Part shown: in pieces, positions 55,698 to 64,000 of the stretch | Numbering within the stretch: position 1 is the first letter of the stretch | Layout: each line of letters opens with the position of its first letter | Source of the DNA: a virus | Lineage: Duplodnaviria; Caudoviricetes | Virus record (IMG/VR): IMGVR_UViG_2791355224_000001 | Coordinates: 1-64,000 of that record | DNA: 64,000 bases | Strand: one strand, 5' to 3' | Notes under the pieces: model-generated | Told to the model about the DNA's origin: nothing | Database searches by the model: none | The model's input: the letters and a program-made list of their open reading frames with translations, nothing else | Made by a program: the position numbers and the translations under genes

Positions 55698-56297
55698 ATG
55701 GCAAGACGAAAGAGCAAGGCGAAACAGCAGGAAGAATTATTACAGGCATTACTTGGGGCGGCGTTCGTGTTCCCAGCGTTAGGCATTTTCTCCGCGACGG
55801 GATCGCTCGGATCGGCGGTAACGGCCGGTGTTTTATGCGCAGGTATCGTTATTGCGATCATGATTTACGTAAACGTGAAGAGAACGGAGCGGTTAAAACG
55901 TTCGGGGATTGCGGAAATTGACAAGATGGAAGGCGTACAATTCGAGCATTACCTCGGACACTTATTCCGATCGCAAGGGTATAAAGCGAAGGTAACGAGT
56001 GCTTCGGGCGATTATGGCGCTGACTTGGTGCTGTCTAAAGATGGTAAACGGATCGTTGTGCAGGCCAAGCGCTACAGCAAAAACGTGGGCTTAAAAGCCG
56101 TCCAGGAGGTTCAGAGTGCCATTGCGCATTATAGGGCTTCCGCAGGCTGGGTCGTGACTAACCGGGATTACACGGACCAGGCGTATAAGCTTGCGAAATC
56201 CAATGGCGTACGTCTTATCGGTAGGGACGAATTGATCGAAATGCTGCTGCAGATGCGGGAAAAGACGGCCGCTACTAAAAAGAAAATTAGCGCATAA
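55698..56297 (+). CDS. membrane-anchored Mrr-like restriction endonuclease domain protein
   Basis: two N-terminal TMs; M.G..FE..L..LF, GDYGADL, VQAKRY, V.EV, L.G.DEL. Confidence 0.85.
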   Translation: MARRKSKAKQQEELLQALLGAAFVFPALGIFSATGSLGSAVTAGVLCAGIVIAIMIYVNVKRTERLKRSGIAEIDKMEGVQFEHYLGHLFRSQGYKAKVTSASGDYGADLVLSKDGKRIVVQAKRYSKNVGLKAVQEVQSAIAHYRASAGWVVTNRDYTDQAYKLAKSNGVRLIGRDELIEMLLQMREKTAATKKKISA

Positions 56298-56353
56298 ATA
56301 AACGCCTACATGGCGGAAATAATCCGTTAAGTAGGCGTTTTTCTTACGCATTT

Positions 56354-56785
56354 TTACCGAGTCTTTTTGCGCTCACTGACGCCGAGGTAGTCTTTAAGCG
56401 CGTCTTGAAGCACGTGTGAGTAGTTCACCTTATTCTGCGCGGCTAGATCGTCCAACCATTTCGGAATAGTCAGCGTCTTCTTAACGGCGCGGTCCGCCAT
56501 CTTATCGCGAACAGGCGGCATCCAGACGTCGATCAATACGGCAGCCTGGCCGGGTTCGAGTGCGATGTCGGACGCTCGCGTTGGTTCCGGGATGATGTCG
56601 CCGTCTTCTTCCATTCCGAAGAGATGCAGCGAGAGACAGTCCTTCGCCATGAATAGCGCATCTTCGTCGTTATCGCCGCAGGTAAGTGCGCCCGGCAAGT
56701 CTGGAAACTCGATAGAGATACCGTCGTCTCCGTAATCGAAAACGGCAGGGAATACGTACCGGTCTTTTAACTGTTTATCGTACAT
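56354..56785 (-). CDS. hicB: HicB antitoxin
   Basis: FPDLPGALTCGD...A..MAKD.L, VKKTLTIPKWL...VNYS.VLQ. Confidence 0.92.
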   Translation of the reverse strand: MYDKQLKDRYVFPAVFDYGDDGISIEFPDLPGALTCGDNDEDALFMAKDCLSLHLFGMEEDGDIIPEPTRASDIALEPGQAAVLIDVWMPPVRDKMADRAVKKTLTIPKWLDDLAAQNKVNYSHVLQDALKDYLGVSERKKTR

Positions 56786-56813
56786 TTATAATATAAACCT
56801 CCTTAGGGAGGAG

Positions 56814-57005
56814 CTATTTCAGCCCCGCCTGTTTGAGTATACTTGCTATTGTCTTCTTTGGTAAGTCTTTGTTGGGGTGAGGGATTGTAACTTTCCCCGG
56901 CTTAGTCGGATGTTTGTATTGGTAGTGGTCGCCAGTTGCTCGTATGTAGTACCATCCGTCCTCTTCAATCATTTTTATTAACTCCCTCGAAGAGTATCCC
57001 TTCAT
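56814..57005 (-). CDS. hicA: HicA toxin (mRNA interferase)
   Basis: ELIK.IE.DGW...GDH.QYKHP.KPGKVTIPHP.KDL...T..SILKQAGL. Confidence 0.93.
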   Translation of the reverse strand: MKGYSSRELIKMIEEDGWYYIRATGDHYQYKHPTKPGKVTIPHPNKDLPKKTIASILKQAGLK

Positions 57006-57028
57006 GGCATCACCGTCCTTATGGTTAA

Positions 57029-57082
57029 ATTATAATACGTATCATTATACGTGTCAAGATATTTATACGTCTTTTTATACGT
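57029..57082 (-). promoter_or_regulatory. hicAB sigmaA promoter with operator-like ATACGT repeats
   Basis: TTGACA-17-TATAAT on minus strand; four ATACGT copies overlapping or next to it. Confidence 0.75.
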
Positions 57083-57096
57083 GTTTTCCGTCCAGA

Positions 57097-57245
57097 GTTG
57101 TATTTCGTACGATTTCAAAGCTATATAAGTATAAGAGCCGCTTTCATGCGGTCTTTTTTCGTTTAGAGGGTTACATTCTGCTCTATTTCAAAGCTATATA
57201 AGTATAAAGGGATTTTAAGGGCCGCCACACGTGCGGTCTTTTCCC
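57097..57245 (+). repeat. two 23-bp direct repeats at 73-bp period, each followed by a GCCGC/GCGG hairpin and T run
   Basis: ATTTCAAAGCTATATAAGTATAA at 57112-57134 and 57185-57207. Confidence 0.8.
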
Positions 57246-57332
57246 GTTCAGGGAACACGTAAGCATACGAATGATGCGGGTATACTCCGCACACCTTACG
57301 TTATTTCTAACAACAAATAGGAGGCGTTGCAT

Positions 57333-57491
57333 ATGGCCGGAAACACTGGCGAACTGGGCGTTAAAGTTAACGTAGATATTACGGATGCGATCCGCGGACT
57401 TAAAGCGGTACAACGTGAGGCGAAGAAAGCTGCGCAGGCATTGCGTGAGCTAGAGACGGCGCAGAAGGCGGTGTCAAATGGCGCAGAGTAG
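57333..57491 (+). CDS. small hypothetical protein (52 aa, not in ORF track)
   Basis: GGAGG RBS; MAGNTGELGVKVNVDITDAIRGLKAVQREAKKAAQALRELE. Confidence 0.65.
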   Translation: MAGNTGELGVKVNVDITDAIRGLKAVQREAKKAAQALRELETAQKAVSNGAE

Positions 57492-58302
57492 ACGATTAGC
57501 AGATCCGGAAACGGGCGAACTTATATACGCGACTGTCCTTGATTATGGCGACCGTGTCATTACAGAATCCCAACGTAAGGGAGCCGCTGAACACTTCGAA
57601 CGAGAAACGTTCAAAGGGCGCAATGCCGGCTTTACTTTTACGTCTATGGACGACATCCACTACGTAACCGAGCGACTCACAACGGCACAATGCGGATACC
57701 TCCTCGTGCTACAATGCTACGTTGATTATGACGGCGGCCGCATCGTTAAGGCTCGTGGCGAATCGATGAATACTGCGGACATGCTTAACGTTCTGCAGCT
57801 CAAACGAAAGCGCAGCACGTTTTACGACTTCATGAGCGTTTGCTTAGAATCCGGCATCATAACAGAAGACGGACACGGCAGCTATTACGTTAATCCGCGT
57901 TATCACTTCCGAGGAGCTACGCAAAACCGCGCAGTTATCCGTACATACACGGCAAAGGTGCGCCAAGCTTACCGCGAAGTTAAGGCGGTTGATCTCGGCC
58001 TCATGTACAGGATGCTACCGTACGTCCACGTAAGTAATAACGCGCTCTGCGATAACCCAACGGAGCGCGATCCGAAGAAAATACGTTGGTTTAACGGAAA
58101 GGGCCTAGCGGCTGCGATCGGAGTCGACGAGAAGACGTTAACGCGTAGACTTCCGTATATGAAGTTCGGAGGCGAGTACGTTATTGCACGGACGTCTGTC
58201 GGTCCGCAGCGCATGTTCCAGTTCAATCCTAGCGTGTTCTACCGCGGTAATAAGACGCCGGACGAGTCGTTGATTGCGAAATTTAACGGACTGGTCGCTT
58301 AA
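57478..58302 (+). CDS. RepL-like winged-helix protein
   Basis: DPETGE N-terminus, YYVNP.Y.F.G and FNPSVFY.G motifs typical of Firmicute RepL-like proteins. Confidence 0.6.
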   Translation: MAQSRRLADPETGELIYATVLDYGDRVITESQRKGAAEHFERETFKGRNAGFTFTSMDDIHYVTERLTTAQCGYLLVLQCYVDYDGGRIVKARGESMNTADMLNVLQLKRKRSTFYDFMSVCLESGIITEDGHGSYYVNPRYHFRGATQNRAVIRTYTAKVRQAYREVKAVDLGLMYRMLPYVHVSNNALCDNPTERDPKKIRWFNGKGLAAAIGVDEKTLTRRLPYMKFGGEYVIARTSVGPQRMFQFNPSVFYRGNKTPDESLIAKFNGLVA

Positions 58303-58353
58303 AAAGTGACCTTATTCGGACAAATCAGCGAAAAAAGTGACTTTATTCGGACA
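58302..58353 (+). repeat. iteron-like direct repeat pair downstream of the RepL-like gene
   Basis: AAAAGTGAC(C/T)TTATTCGGACA twice, followed by an inverted repeat AAATGCCG...CGGCATTT. Confidence 0.7.
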
Positions 58354-58755
58354 CTCCGAAATGCCGTTGAGACCTTACGCGGTACAGGATTCCGGCATTT
58401 TCGGGGTGAAATTATATCTAGTCTTTGTTATACCGCAATTAATGCAACTCGTTCCATATACTGCGGAGTTAGCAACCGGAGAAGATCACTCCGACACTAC
58501 GGACCAAGAGCAGGTCCTTGTGTACCACATAGAATACGCGCATAAATCAATTAATAGTTCGGAGCCGACAGGCGACGGCAAGGCCGAAAGGCCGAGCACA
58601 GTCTTTTGTCTGATAGATACATGAAGCATATTCAAAGTAGTATCTCATGTAGGTAAACCAAAGTAATAACGCGGATATAAAAGCGCAGTCTCCTACGTTA
58701 TACGCGTGAGGGATTGCGCTTGTTTACGTTATATCAAACGAAAGGATGTACGTAA

Positions 58756-58917
58756 ATGGAAACGGCAAAGTGCGCTAATTGCGGAGAAGATACCGGACAG
58801 GTATCATCCGATAATTGGGCGATATATTGCGCCAAGGACGAATGTAAGAAAGCGTTCATGGACGATGTTATTGCCTCCGCTATGAAACCGAAGAGAAAGC
58901 GGAAGGAGACTCGTTAA
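58756..58917 (+). CDS. small Zn-finger-like protein (not in ORF track)
   Basis: AAAGGA RBS; METAKCANC...YCAKDEC. Confidence 0.55.
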   Translation: METAKCANCGEDTGQVSSDNWAIYCAKDECKKAFMDDVIASAMKPKRKRKETR

Positions 58918-58918
58918 T

Positions 58919-59092
58919 ATGACCGTTGATTTATCGCAAGTATCCACTGCGGATTTACACCGCGAATTAGCGCGTAGAGAAGGCGTAAAAGAGATCGTAT
59001 ACGGTCCGGAAGATAACGTTTATATCTGCGGTAACGATGGCGTTATTATCGACGATTACGGGCCTGTTCGCGTATTGGTTAACGCTGATTAA
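58919..59092 (+). CDS. BC1881-like small phage protein (not in ORF track)
   Basis: AAGGAG RBS; DLSQVSTADLHRELARREGV...GP..VLVN.D. Confidence 0.65.
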   Translation: MTVDLSQVSTADLHRELARREGVKEIVYGPEDNVYICGNDGVIIDDYGPVRVLVNAD

Positions 59093-59158
59093 AGCGCTGT
59101 TTGTCCGCAATGCTTGAGCGGATGAACGGCGCTCCTTTTATTACAGAAAGGAGGCGGA

Positions 59159-59563
59159 ATGATGGCGAAGCAATTAACGTCAGAACAATATATAGCGATA
59201 GAGTGGCTCGCTAAGCCGCGTAAGGGCGGTAAGACATACGAGGAGATAGCGCAGATGTGCGGAGTTACAGCGCGTACGCTTGAGAACTGGCGCAAGGATG
59301 CGACATTCGATGCGGAGTTTAAGCGTGCTATTGTTCGTGATAATAGTGCTAAGCTTCCGGAACTTATTGATTCGTTATCTACGATTGCCATGCGTGATGG
59401 AAACGCAGCAATGGCGAAGCTTGCGCTGCAGGTCAGCGGAATGCTTACGGATAGGATCGAGGTTGATACGAAGGATAACGCAGGAACGGATGTCGAAGCG
59501 TTGAGGGCGCGATTAGAGGCGTTGAAGCTCCGTAAGGATGGCGAATCCGAAACAGCGGAGTAA
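59159..59563 (+). CDS. phBC6A51-family HTH protein, probable terminase small subunit
   Basis: LT.EQ..AIEWLA.P..G.KTYEEIA..CGVT.RTL..WRK...F; upstream of TerL. Confidence 0.8.
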   Translation: MMAKQLTSEQYIAIEWLAKPRKGGKTYEEIAQMCGVTARTLENWRKDATFDAEFKRAIVRDNSAKLPELIDSLSTIAMRDGNAAMAKLALQVSGMLTDRIEVDTKDNAGTDVEALRARLEALKLRKDGESETAE

Positions 59564-60104
59564 TTAGCGCATTATATGAAGCGATTCGTGGGCGGGGACT
59601 TCGGATGCTTTCGGATCGCTCCGTTTTATCAACGAGAGGGTTCCGGCGCACGGCCCTCCGAAAACTTTCGAAATAGGCGGAATTGGCCGCCGGAATCAAC
59701 GGATTATATGCGGAATAGTACAAACGGTGGGCGATCGGCGGGCATGTTCGCAGACTCATTCGCACGAAAAACGTTGATGTGGCGCGGTTTTAGTAGGCGG
59801 GGCAGGGGCGGAGACTACTACGCAAAATGTAGATTTTGTGAATATGTAGGTCGCGTTAATGCGATGAAGTGAGGGCCCCCAAGGCCCCCTCCGAAATCGG
59901 CCGTTTCTGGTCCGTCTATAGTCCGCGTATCAAAATTAACTTTTGACTTTGCGAGGGGCTGCGCACAATGCGTAAGCCTCTTGCTTATTATTGCCGTGAA
60001 ATTAGCGGAGTTATCACGAGAGGGGAACGATTACCCTCGGCCGTAGGTAATTGCGCTAATTTTACGTCTAAAATCGCTGAAACGCAGGTGAAAGGGATGA
60101 TTGC

Positions 60105-60368
60105 ATGGTGGAGTTTACGGTAATTATCGCGGAAACAGCCGAAAAGGCTGCGGAGATTAACGCGCTTCTGCCGCCGAAGACGGACAAGTTTTGTATTCAA
60201 GCGTACTATTACGGTTATGCGTTTTGCGGACTTAGCTACAGAGGTACGCGTCCGACAACGGTACTATCACTCATCCCTCTGCGTGATGACGACGAGTGGG
60301 TGTGCCAATGCCTTCACCAGATCGGACGCCATGACGGAAGTACGCGCTGGATCATTCCGGAAGCTTAA
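60105..60368 (+). CDS. hypothetical protein
   Basis: AAAGGG RBS + ATG, 87 aa. Confidence 0.5.
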   Translation: MVEFTVIIAETAEKAAEINALLPPKTDKFCIQAYYYGYAFCGLSYRGTRPTTVLSLIPLRDDDEWVCQCLHQIGRHDGSTRWIIPEA

Positions 60369-60386
60369 AGAAAGGAGGCGATATCT

Positions 60387-62165
60387 ATCGCTTGGGTTAA
60401 CGGTAAATGGCTAACGCGTACTGAACGCGAAGCCAAAATTAACGAAATTGCTGCGTTACTGGACGTACTAGATGGCGTAGATATCGCCGCACTTAGTCCG
60501 GAAGACGCGGCCGAGATCGACGCACAGCTGGCGGAGTACGAACGCCTAACGCGAATCCACCGCTGCGAAACGAACCTGATCGAGTTTGCGCTTGAGTATT
60601 TTAGCGAGGCGCGCAATCCCGGCAATGACGGAAACTGGGACGGGTTCGATATTACGAAGTACGACGAGGCGCCGGAGTTCCACCGTGAAATCTGCGCTCT
60701 AATGGATGACGTAAGTAACGTCCATACCAACGACAAGGTAGCGGAGGCGGCGCCCCGTTCTCACGCTAAATCAACGTATTTATCAAAGGCGTTCCCGACA
60801 CGCGAGATCGTGTACCGCAAGCGCAAATACGAGATCATCATATCAGAGACACCAGCGGTAAGCTCAGCGAATCTCGATTGGATTGCGATGCAGCTTAAGA
60901 GTAACGCGAAGCTCCGGGCGGATTTCGGTCCGCTGTTGAGTCCGAAGCAGCAAGAGAATCCGAAGGATAACTCGTCCGAGTTTATTGCGTGGGAACCGCG
61001 CGATGATGGTACGAAAAAGATGCTGACGAAGGTTGAGGCGGCATCAACGGGTCAGGCGCTGCGAGGCCGGAACTGGAACGGCGTGCGGCCGGATCTTATT
61101 ATCTGCGATGATCTTGAGGACATCAAGTCGAACGCCGCCACGCCAGAACTCCGCAAGAAATTGAAGGATTGGTTCTCGCAGACCGTCGTACCGCTCGGCG
61201 ATCCGCGAGGAAAGAAGACGGCCTTTGTTTACATGGGAACAACGGTCCACCACGAAGCGCTGCTCGTTGACGTTCTATATAACCGGTCGGACTTCAAGAG
61301 TCGCGTGTATCGAGCTGTTATCGAATGGCCTGAGCGGATGGATCTTTGGGAAGCGTGCCGGCTCGTATATAAAGACCCCGACCGACCAAAAGAAGACCGC
61401 GTCAAGGATGCGCTCGCCCTCTACGAGTTGAATCGCGAAGAGATGGATCGCGGAGTGGTCGTATTGTGGCCGGAAGCGCAGCCGATATGGAAGTTGATGA
61501 CGTGGAAGTGGGATAACGGGTCGAAGGCGTTTAATACCGAGTACATGAACAACCCCGTTGATGAAGAGTCGATGATATTTAACCCGGAGAAATTCGTGTA
61601 CTGGGATTCGGGGATATTTCGCGACTTGTTAACGCAGTATCCTCGCCCGACCGATGAGTTTGACGTTTATATGGGCGTAGACTTCGCGATGGGGAAGACA
61701 CGGGGAGACTATTCCGCAATTGTAACGATCGCCCGCCATAAAGAAACCGGAACAAAATACGTTATTGATGCGTTCGGCGAACGGATAAAGCCGGACGCCT
61801 TTTTGCGTGTGATCGTCGAAAAGGCGCTCCGCTTTCAACCGAACGCGATAGCGGCCGAAGCGCAGGCAGCGCAGGAGTTCTTCGTTATGCAACTTAAGGA
61901 CGCATTAAGAGCGAAAGGCTATCCCGGCCACACGCGAGTTAAAGAGATACACCAAAGATCGCGTAAGGACCTGCGGATCGAGGCGCTCATGCCAGATATA
62001 GAGAGCGGAGCAATTCAGTTTTCGCGGAAACATTCGCTGTTGCTTGAGCAGTTCGAGATGTACCCGGCTGGCTCTCATGACGATTTGCCGGACGCATTAG
62101 AGATGGCAGTAAGTATCGCAAAGATTGGGCGGAAGAGAATAAGAGAGAAGCCTAATTGGTTGTGA
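60387..62165 (+). CDS. terL: terminase large subunit (probable ATC start at 60387)
   Basis: APRSHAKS, RG...RPDLIICDDLE, MGT.VH, MGVDFA, HDDLPDALE; frame open 105 codons upstream of the first ATG, back to AAAGGAGG. Confidence 0.92.
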   Translation: MAWVNGKWLTRTEREAKINEIAALLDVLDGVDIAALSPEDAAEIDAQLAEYERLTRIHRCETNLIEFALEYFSEARNPGNDGNWDGFDITKYDEAPEFHREICALMDDVSNVHTNDKVAEAAPRSHAKSTYLSKAFPTREIVYRKRKYEIIISETPAVSSANLDWIAMQLKSNAKLRADFGPLLSPKQQENPKDNSSEFIAWEPRDDGTKKMLTKVEAASTGQALRGRNWNGVRPDLIICDDLEDIKSNAATPELRKKLKDWFSQTVVPLGDPRGKKTAFVYMGTTVHHEALLVDVLYNRSDFKSRVYRAVIEWPERMDLWEACRLVYKDPDRPKEDRVKDALALYELNREEMDRGVVVLWPEAQPIWKLMTWKWDNGSKAFNTEYMNNPVDEESMIFNPEKFVYWDSGIFRDLLTQYPRPTDEFDVYMGVDFAMGKTRGDYSAIVTIARHKETGTKYVIDAFGERIKPDAFLRVIVEKALRFQPNAIAAEAQAAQEFFVMQLKDALRAKGYPGHTRVKEIHQRSRKDLRIEALMPDIESGAIQFSRKHSLLLEQFEMYPAGSHDDLPDALEMAVSIAKIGRKRIREKPNWL

Positions 62166-62166
62166 C

Positions 62167-62637
62167 CTAGTTGACATAAAAATTATGTACAAATGTATTA
62201 TTTAAGCTATCTACAAATACAATCTCTAGAACTTGTCCTTTTTTGATCTTGTTAAAATTTTTGATCCAAATTAGCTCTAAGGTGGTAACGACTAGTTCCG
62301 TCGATGATGCAGGCTCAAGACGAAGGGGGAAGTTATTCTTCATTGCTAACTCGTCGACCGCAGGTTTATCTGGCCCCCAAATTCGTATTATTTTTAAATA
62401 ACATGACTCAATTGTTGTAGGAACAAGGCCGACATTAACTAGTTTAATCGTGAGATACTCTTGTCCATCTGCAATGCCTTTCCAACTTTTAATATTTAAT
62501 CTTGGCTTAGAGTTAAAACGAGCTTCTCTGGCTAAGCGGAGAGAAACTACTACTGCCCAAACAGTTCCGATTGATCCAACCCACTGACCCATAGCCGACC
62601 ACTGTTCCGGAGTTAATGAATAGAAAAAATTAAACAT
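62167..62637 (-). CDS. AT-rich moron with N-terminal TM helix between TerL and portal
   Basis: WSAMGQWVGSIGTVWAVVVSL then P.L.I...LVNVG..P..I beta-rich domain. Confidence 0.7.
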   Translation of the reverse strand: MFNFFYSLTPEQWSAMGQWVGSIGTVWAVVVSLRLAREARFNSKPRLNIKSWKGIADGQEYLTIKLVNVGLVPTTIESCYLKIIRIWGPDKPAVDELAMKNNFPLRLEPASSTELVVTTLELIWIKNFNKIKKGQVLEIVFVDSLNNTFVHNFYVN

Positions 62638-62700
62638 GTTGAATTCTCCCATTTCAGATATTATGTCCTATTTTAGTATAAGAGAAAGGAGTTGTGTACT

Positions 62701-64000
62701 ATGGGGAAGTTATTTGCGCCAGGCCAGCAGTATCCCCCGCCGAAGGACATACCGCGCCTGGCCCGTTATAAGCGCGGCAAAACGATATTTGACGGACGGC
62801 ACCCGGAAATCTACGAGCGGGCTTCTTCGTTACTCAAGGATACACCACACGCTGCGCAGCTTAAGACGCTCTTTATCGCGGTTAACTTGATGGATATTCT
62901 GCTTACGAAGCCTGCGGATTTGCTGACAGGAGAGCCCCCGACGTTTGAAGCGGGAACAGGAACGGGCACACGCGAACAGGTACGTCTTGACTCGATTGTT
63001 GAGGAAAATGACATCACGCAGATGATGCATGAACTGACGATCGGAGGCGGCTACCGCGGAGACTCGTTCGTCAAAACGTATTACGGTGCGCGGGCGGACG
63101 TAAGTGAGACGGCCGAACTCGGACTTGAAGCGCCAGACACGGAACTTGAACCGATTATCGAAGCGGTACGAGCTGATATCGTGTTTCCGGAGTTGTCACG
63201 CGGATCGCGAAAGAAGTTCAAAGCGATCAACATCGCATGGATCGATTGGGTCGAAGAGCCCGGCGGGAAGGTAATCCGTTGGCTAACGGGCAGTCCCGTA
63301 TCCGTTGTTCCGTACCTTAATGTAGAACGGCACATCCCTGGCTATATCGTGTATGAGCGGTACAAGCTGTCGGAACGTGGGGTTGATACAAAATGGAGCG
63401 TGCCAATTGATACGTACACAATCGGGGAGCAGGTCGCTACCGGACGTGAGGAGGACATTGTACGGACAGGAACGGACCGTCTCCTAATTCATCACATTCC
63501 ATACAAGAGCGTAGATGACCGTTGGGAAGGGATCAATGGCGTCGAGAAGCTTGAGAGCGTGCTGAGCGCGATAAACGAACGATTAGCGCAGATCGATTAT
63601 ATTCTTTGGAAACACAGTGACCCGTGGATGTACGGTCCGGACGACCTTGATGACGGTGGCGAGGACGGAAAAGTACGCGGTGGTGGCCGATATATCCCGG
63701 TCGGTAAAGAAGACACAACGCCGGGGTATCTAACGTGGGACTCGCAGTTGGAAGGTGCGTTCAAGGAACTTGATATCCTACTCGGACTCGTCTACCAGAT
63801 GAGTGAGACGCCGCAATGGTTGTTCGGCACAACGCTCGCTAACGACAAAGGCGGCACCGGCACGTCTCACACGGATTCTGGCGCAATCAAAGCACGGTTT
63901 ATGCCGATCCTGGCGAAGGTTAATCGGATACGAGCGCACGTAGACAAGGCGTTCCGTGACGCAATATGGACAGCGATGCAGCTCGAAAACTATGCGAACA
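62701..64000 (+). CDS. portal protein (SPP1-like), truncated by the window edge; not in ORF track
   Basis: AAAGGAG RBS + ATG; open frame MGKLFAPGQQYPP...NLMDILLTKPADLL.GEPP...YLTWDSQL...SETPQWLFG. Confidence 0.88.
   Translation, partial: MGKLFAPGQQYPPPKDIPRLARYKRGKTIFDGRHPEIYERASSLLKDTPHAAQLKTLFIAVNLMDILLTKPADLLTGEPPTFEAGTGTGTREQVRLDSIVEENDITQMMHELTIGGGYRGDSFVKTYYGARADVSETAELGLEAPDTELEPIIEAVRADIVFPELSRGSRKKFKAINIAWIDWVEEPGGKVIRWLTGSPVSVVPYLNVERHIPGYIVYERYKLSERGVDTKWSVPIDTYTIGEQVATGREEDIVRTGTDRLLIHHIPYKSVDDRWEGINGVEKLESVLSAINERLAQIDYILWKHSDPWMYGPDDLDDGGEDGKVRGGGRYIPVGKEDTTPGYLTWDSQLEGAFKELDILLGLVYQMSETPQWLFGTTLANDKGGTGTSHTDSGAIKARFMPILAKVNRIRAHVDKAFRDAIWTAMQLENYAN

Larger units (their letters stand above)
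19035..64000 (+). mobile_element. temperate prophage (left end to portal; continues beyond window)
   Basis: integrase next to split tRNA; replication, recombination and packaging modules. Confidence 0.95.

Noticed and set aside
57112-57207. CRISPR mini-array (reverse strand of the repeat ends in TTGAAAT)
   Set aside because: Only two 23-bp copies, the intervening and following sequences resemble each other, and no cas genes are present; a promoter duplication fits better.

Overview
Bacillales DNA, most likely Paenibacillus, holding two adjacent phage-derived elements. (1) At ~315-17373 is a head-less, PBSX/xkd-type contractile tail cluster that is a candidate R-type tailocin. It has an ImmA/IrrE peptidase, an XRE repressor, an ArpU activator, sheath, tube, frameshifted chaperone, tape measure, baseplate, two tail fibres and a lysis cassette, but no capsid, portal or terminase. 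Two host genes follow it (YjcZ-like peptide, polysaccharide deacetylase). (2) From 19035 past the window end is a large temperate prophage that has integrated into the anticodon loop of a tRNA-Leu(UAA) gene and does not restore the 3' half at this end. It encodes a tyrosine integrase, three sigma-like proteins and a full replisome (helicase loader, DnaB-like helicase, primase, SSB, PolA). It also carries nucleases, dUTPase, dNMP kinase, two DNA methyltransferases, a moron/defence island (HEPN-like, Abi-alpha/DUF4393-like, Mrr-like, HicAB, ligase-YolD) and the start of the packaging module (TerS, TerL, portal). The main signals the ORF track misses are: recurrent ATC/ATT/ATA/CTG start codons behind strong Shine-Dalgarno sites (including TerL); 14 early proteins ending in -AA (ClpXP-degron-like); a LexA-boxed sigmaA promoter inside the helicase gene; the split tRNA with phased TACG repeats; phage-specific promoter motifs; and a structured RNA leader on the SSB gene. 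All product calls come from motif recognition and synteny by eye; no database searches were run.
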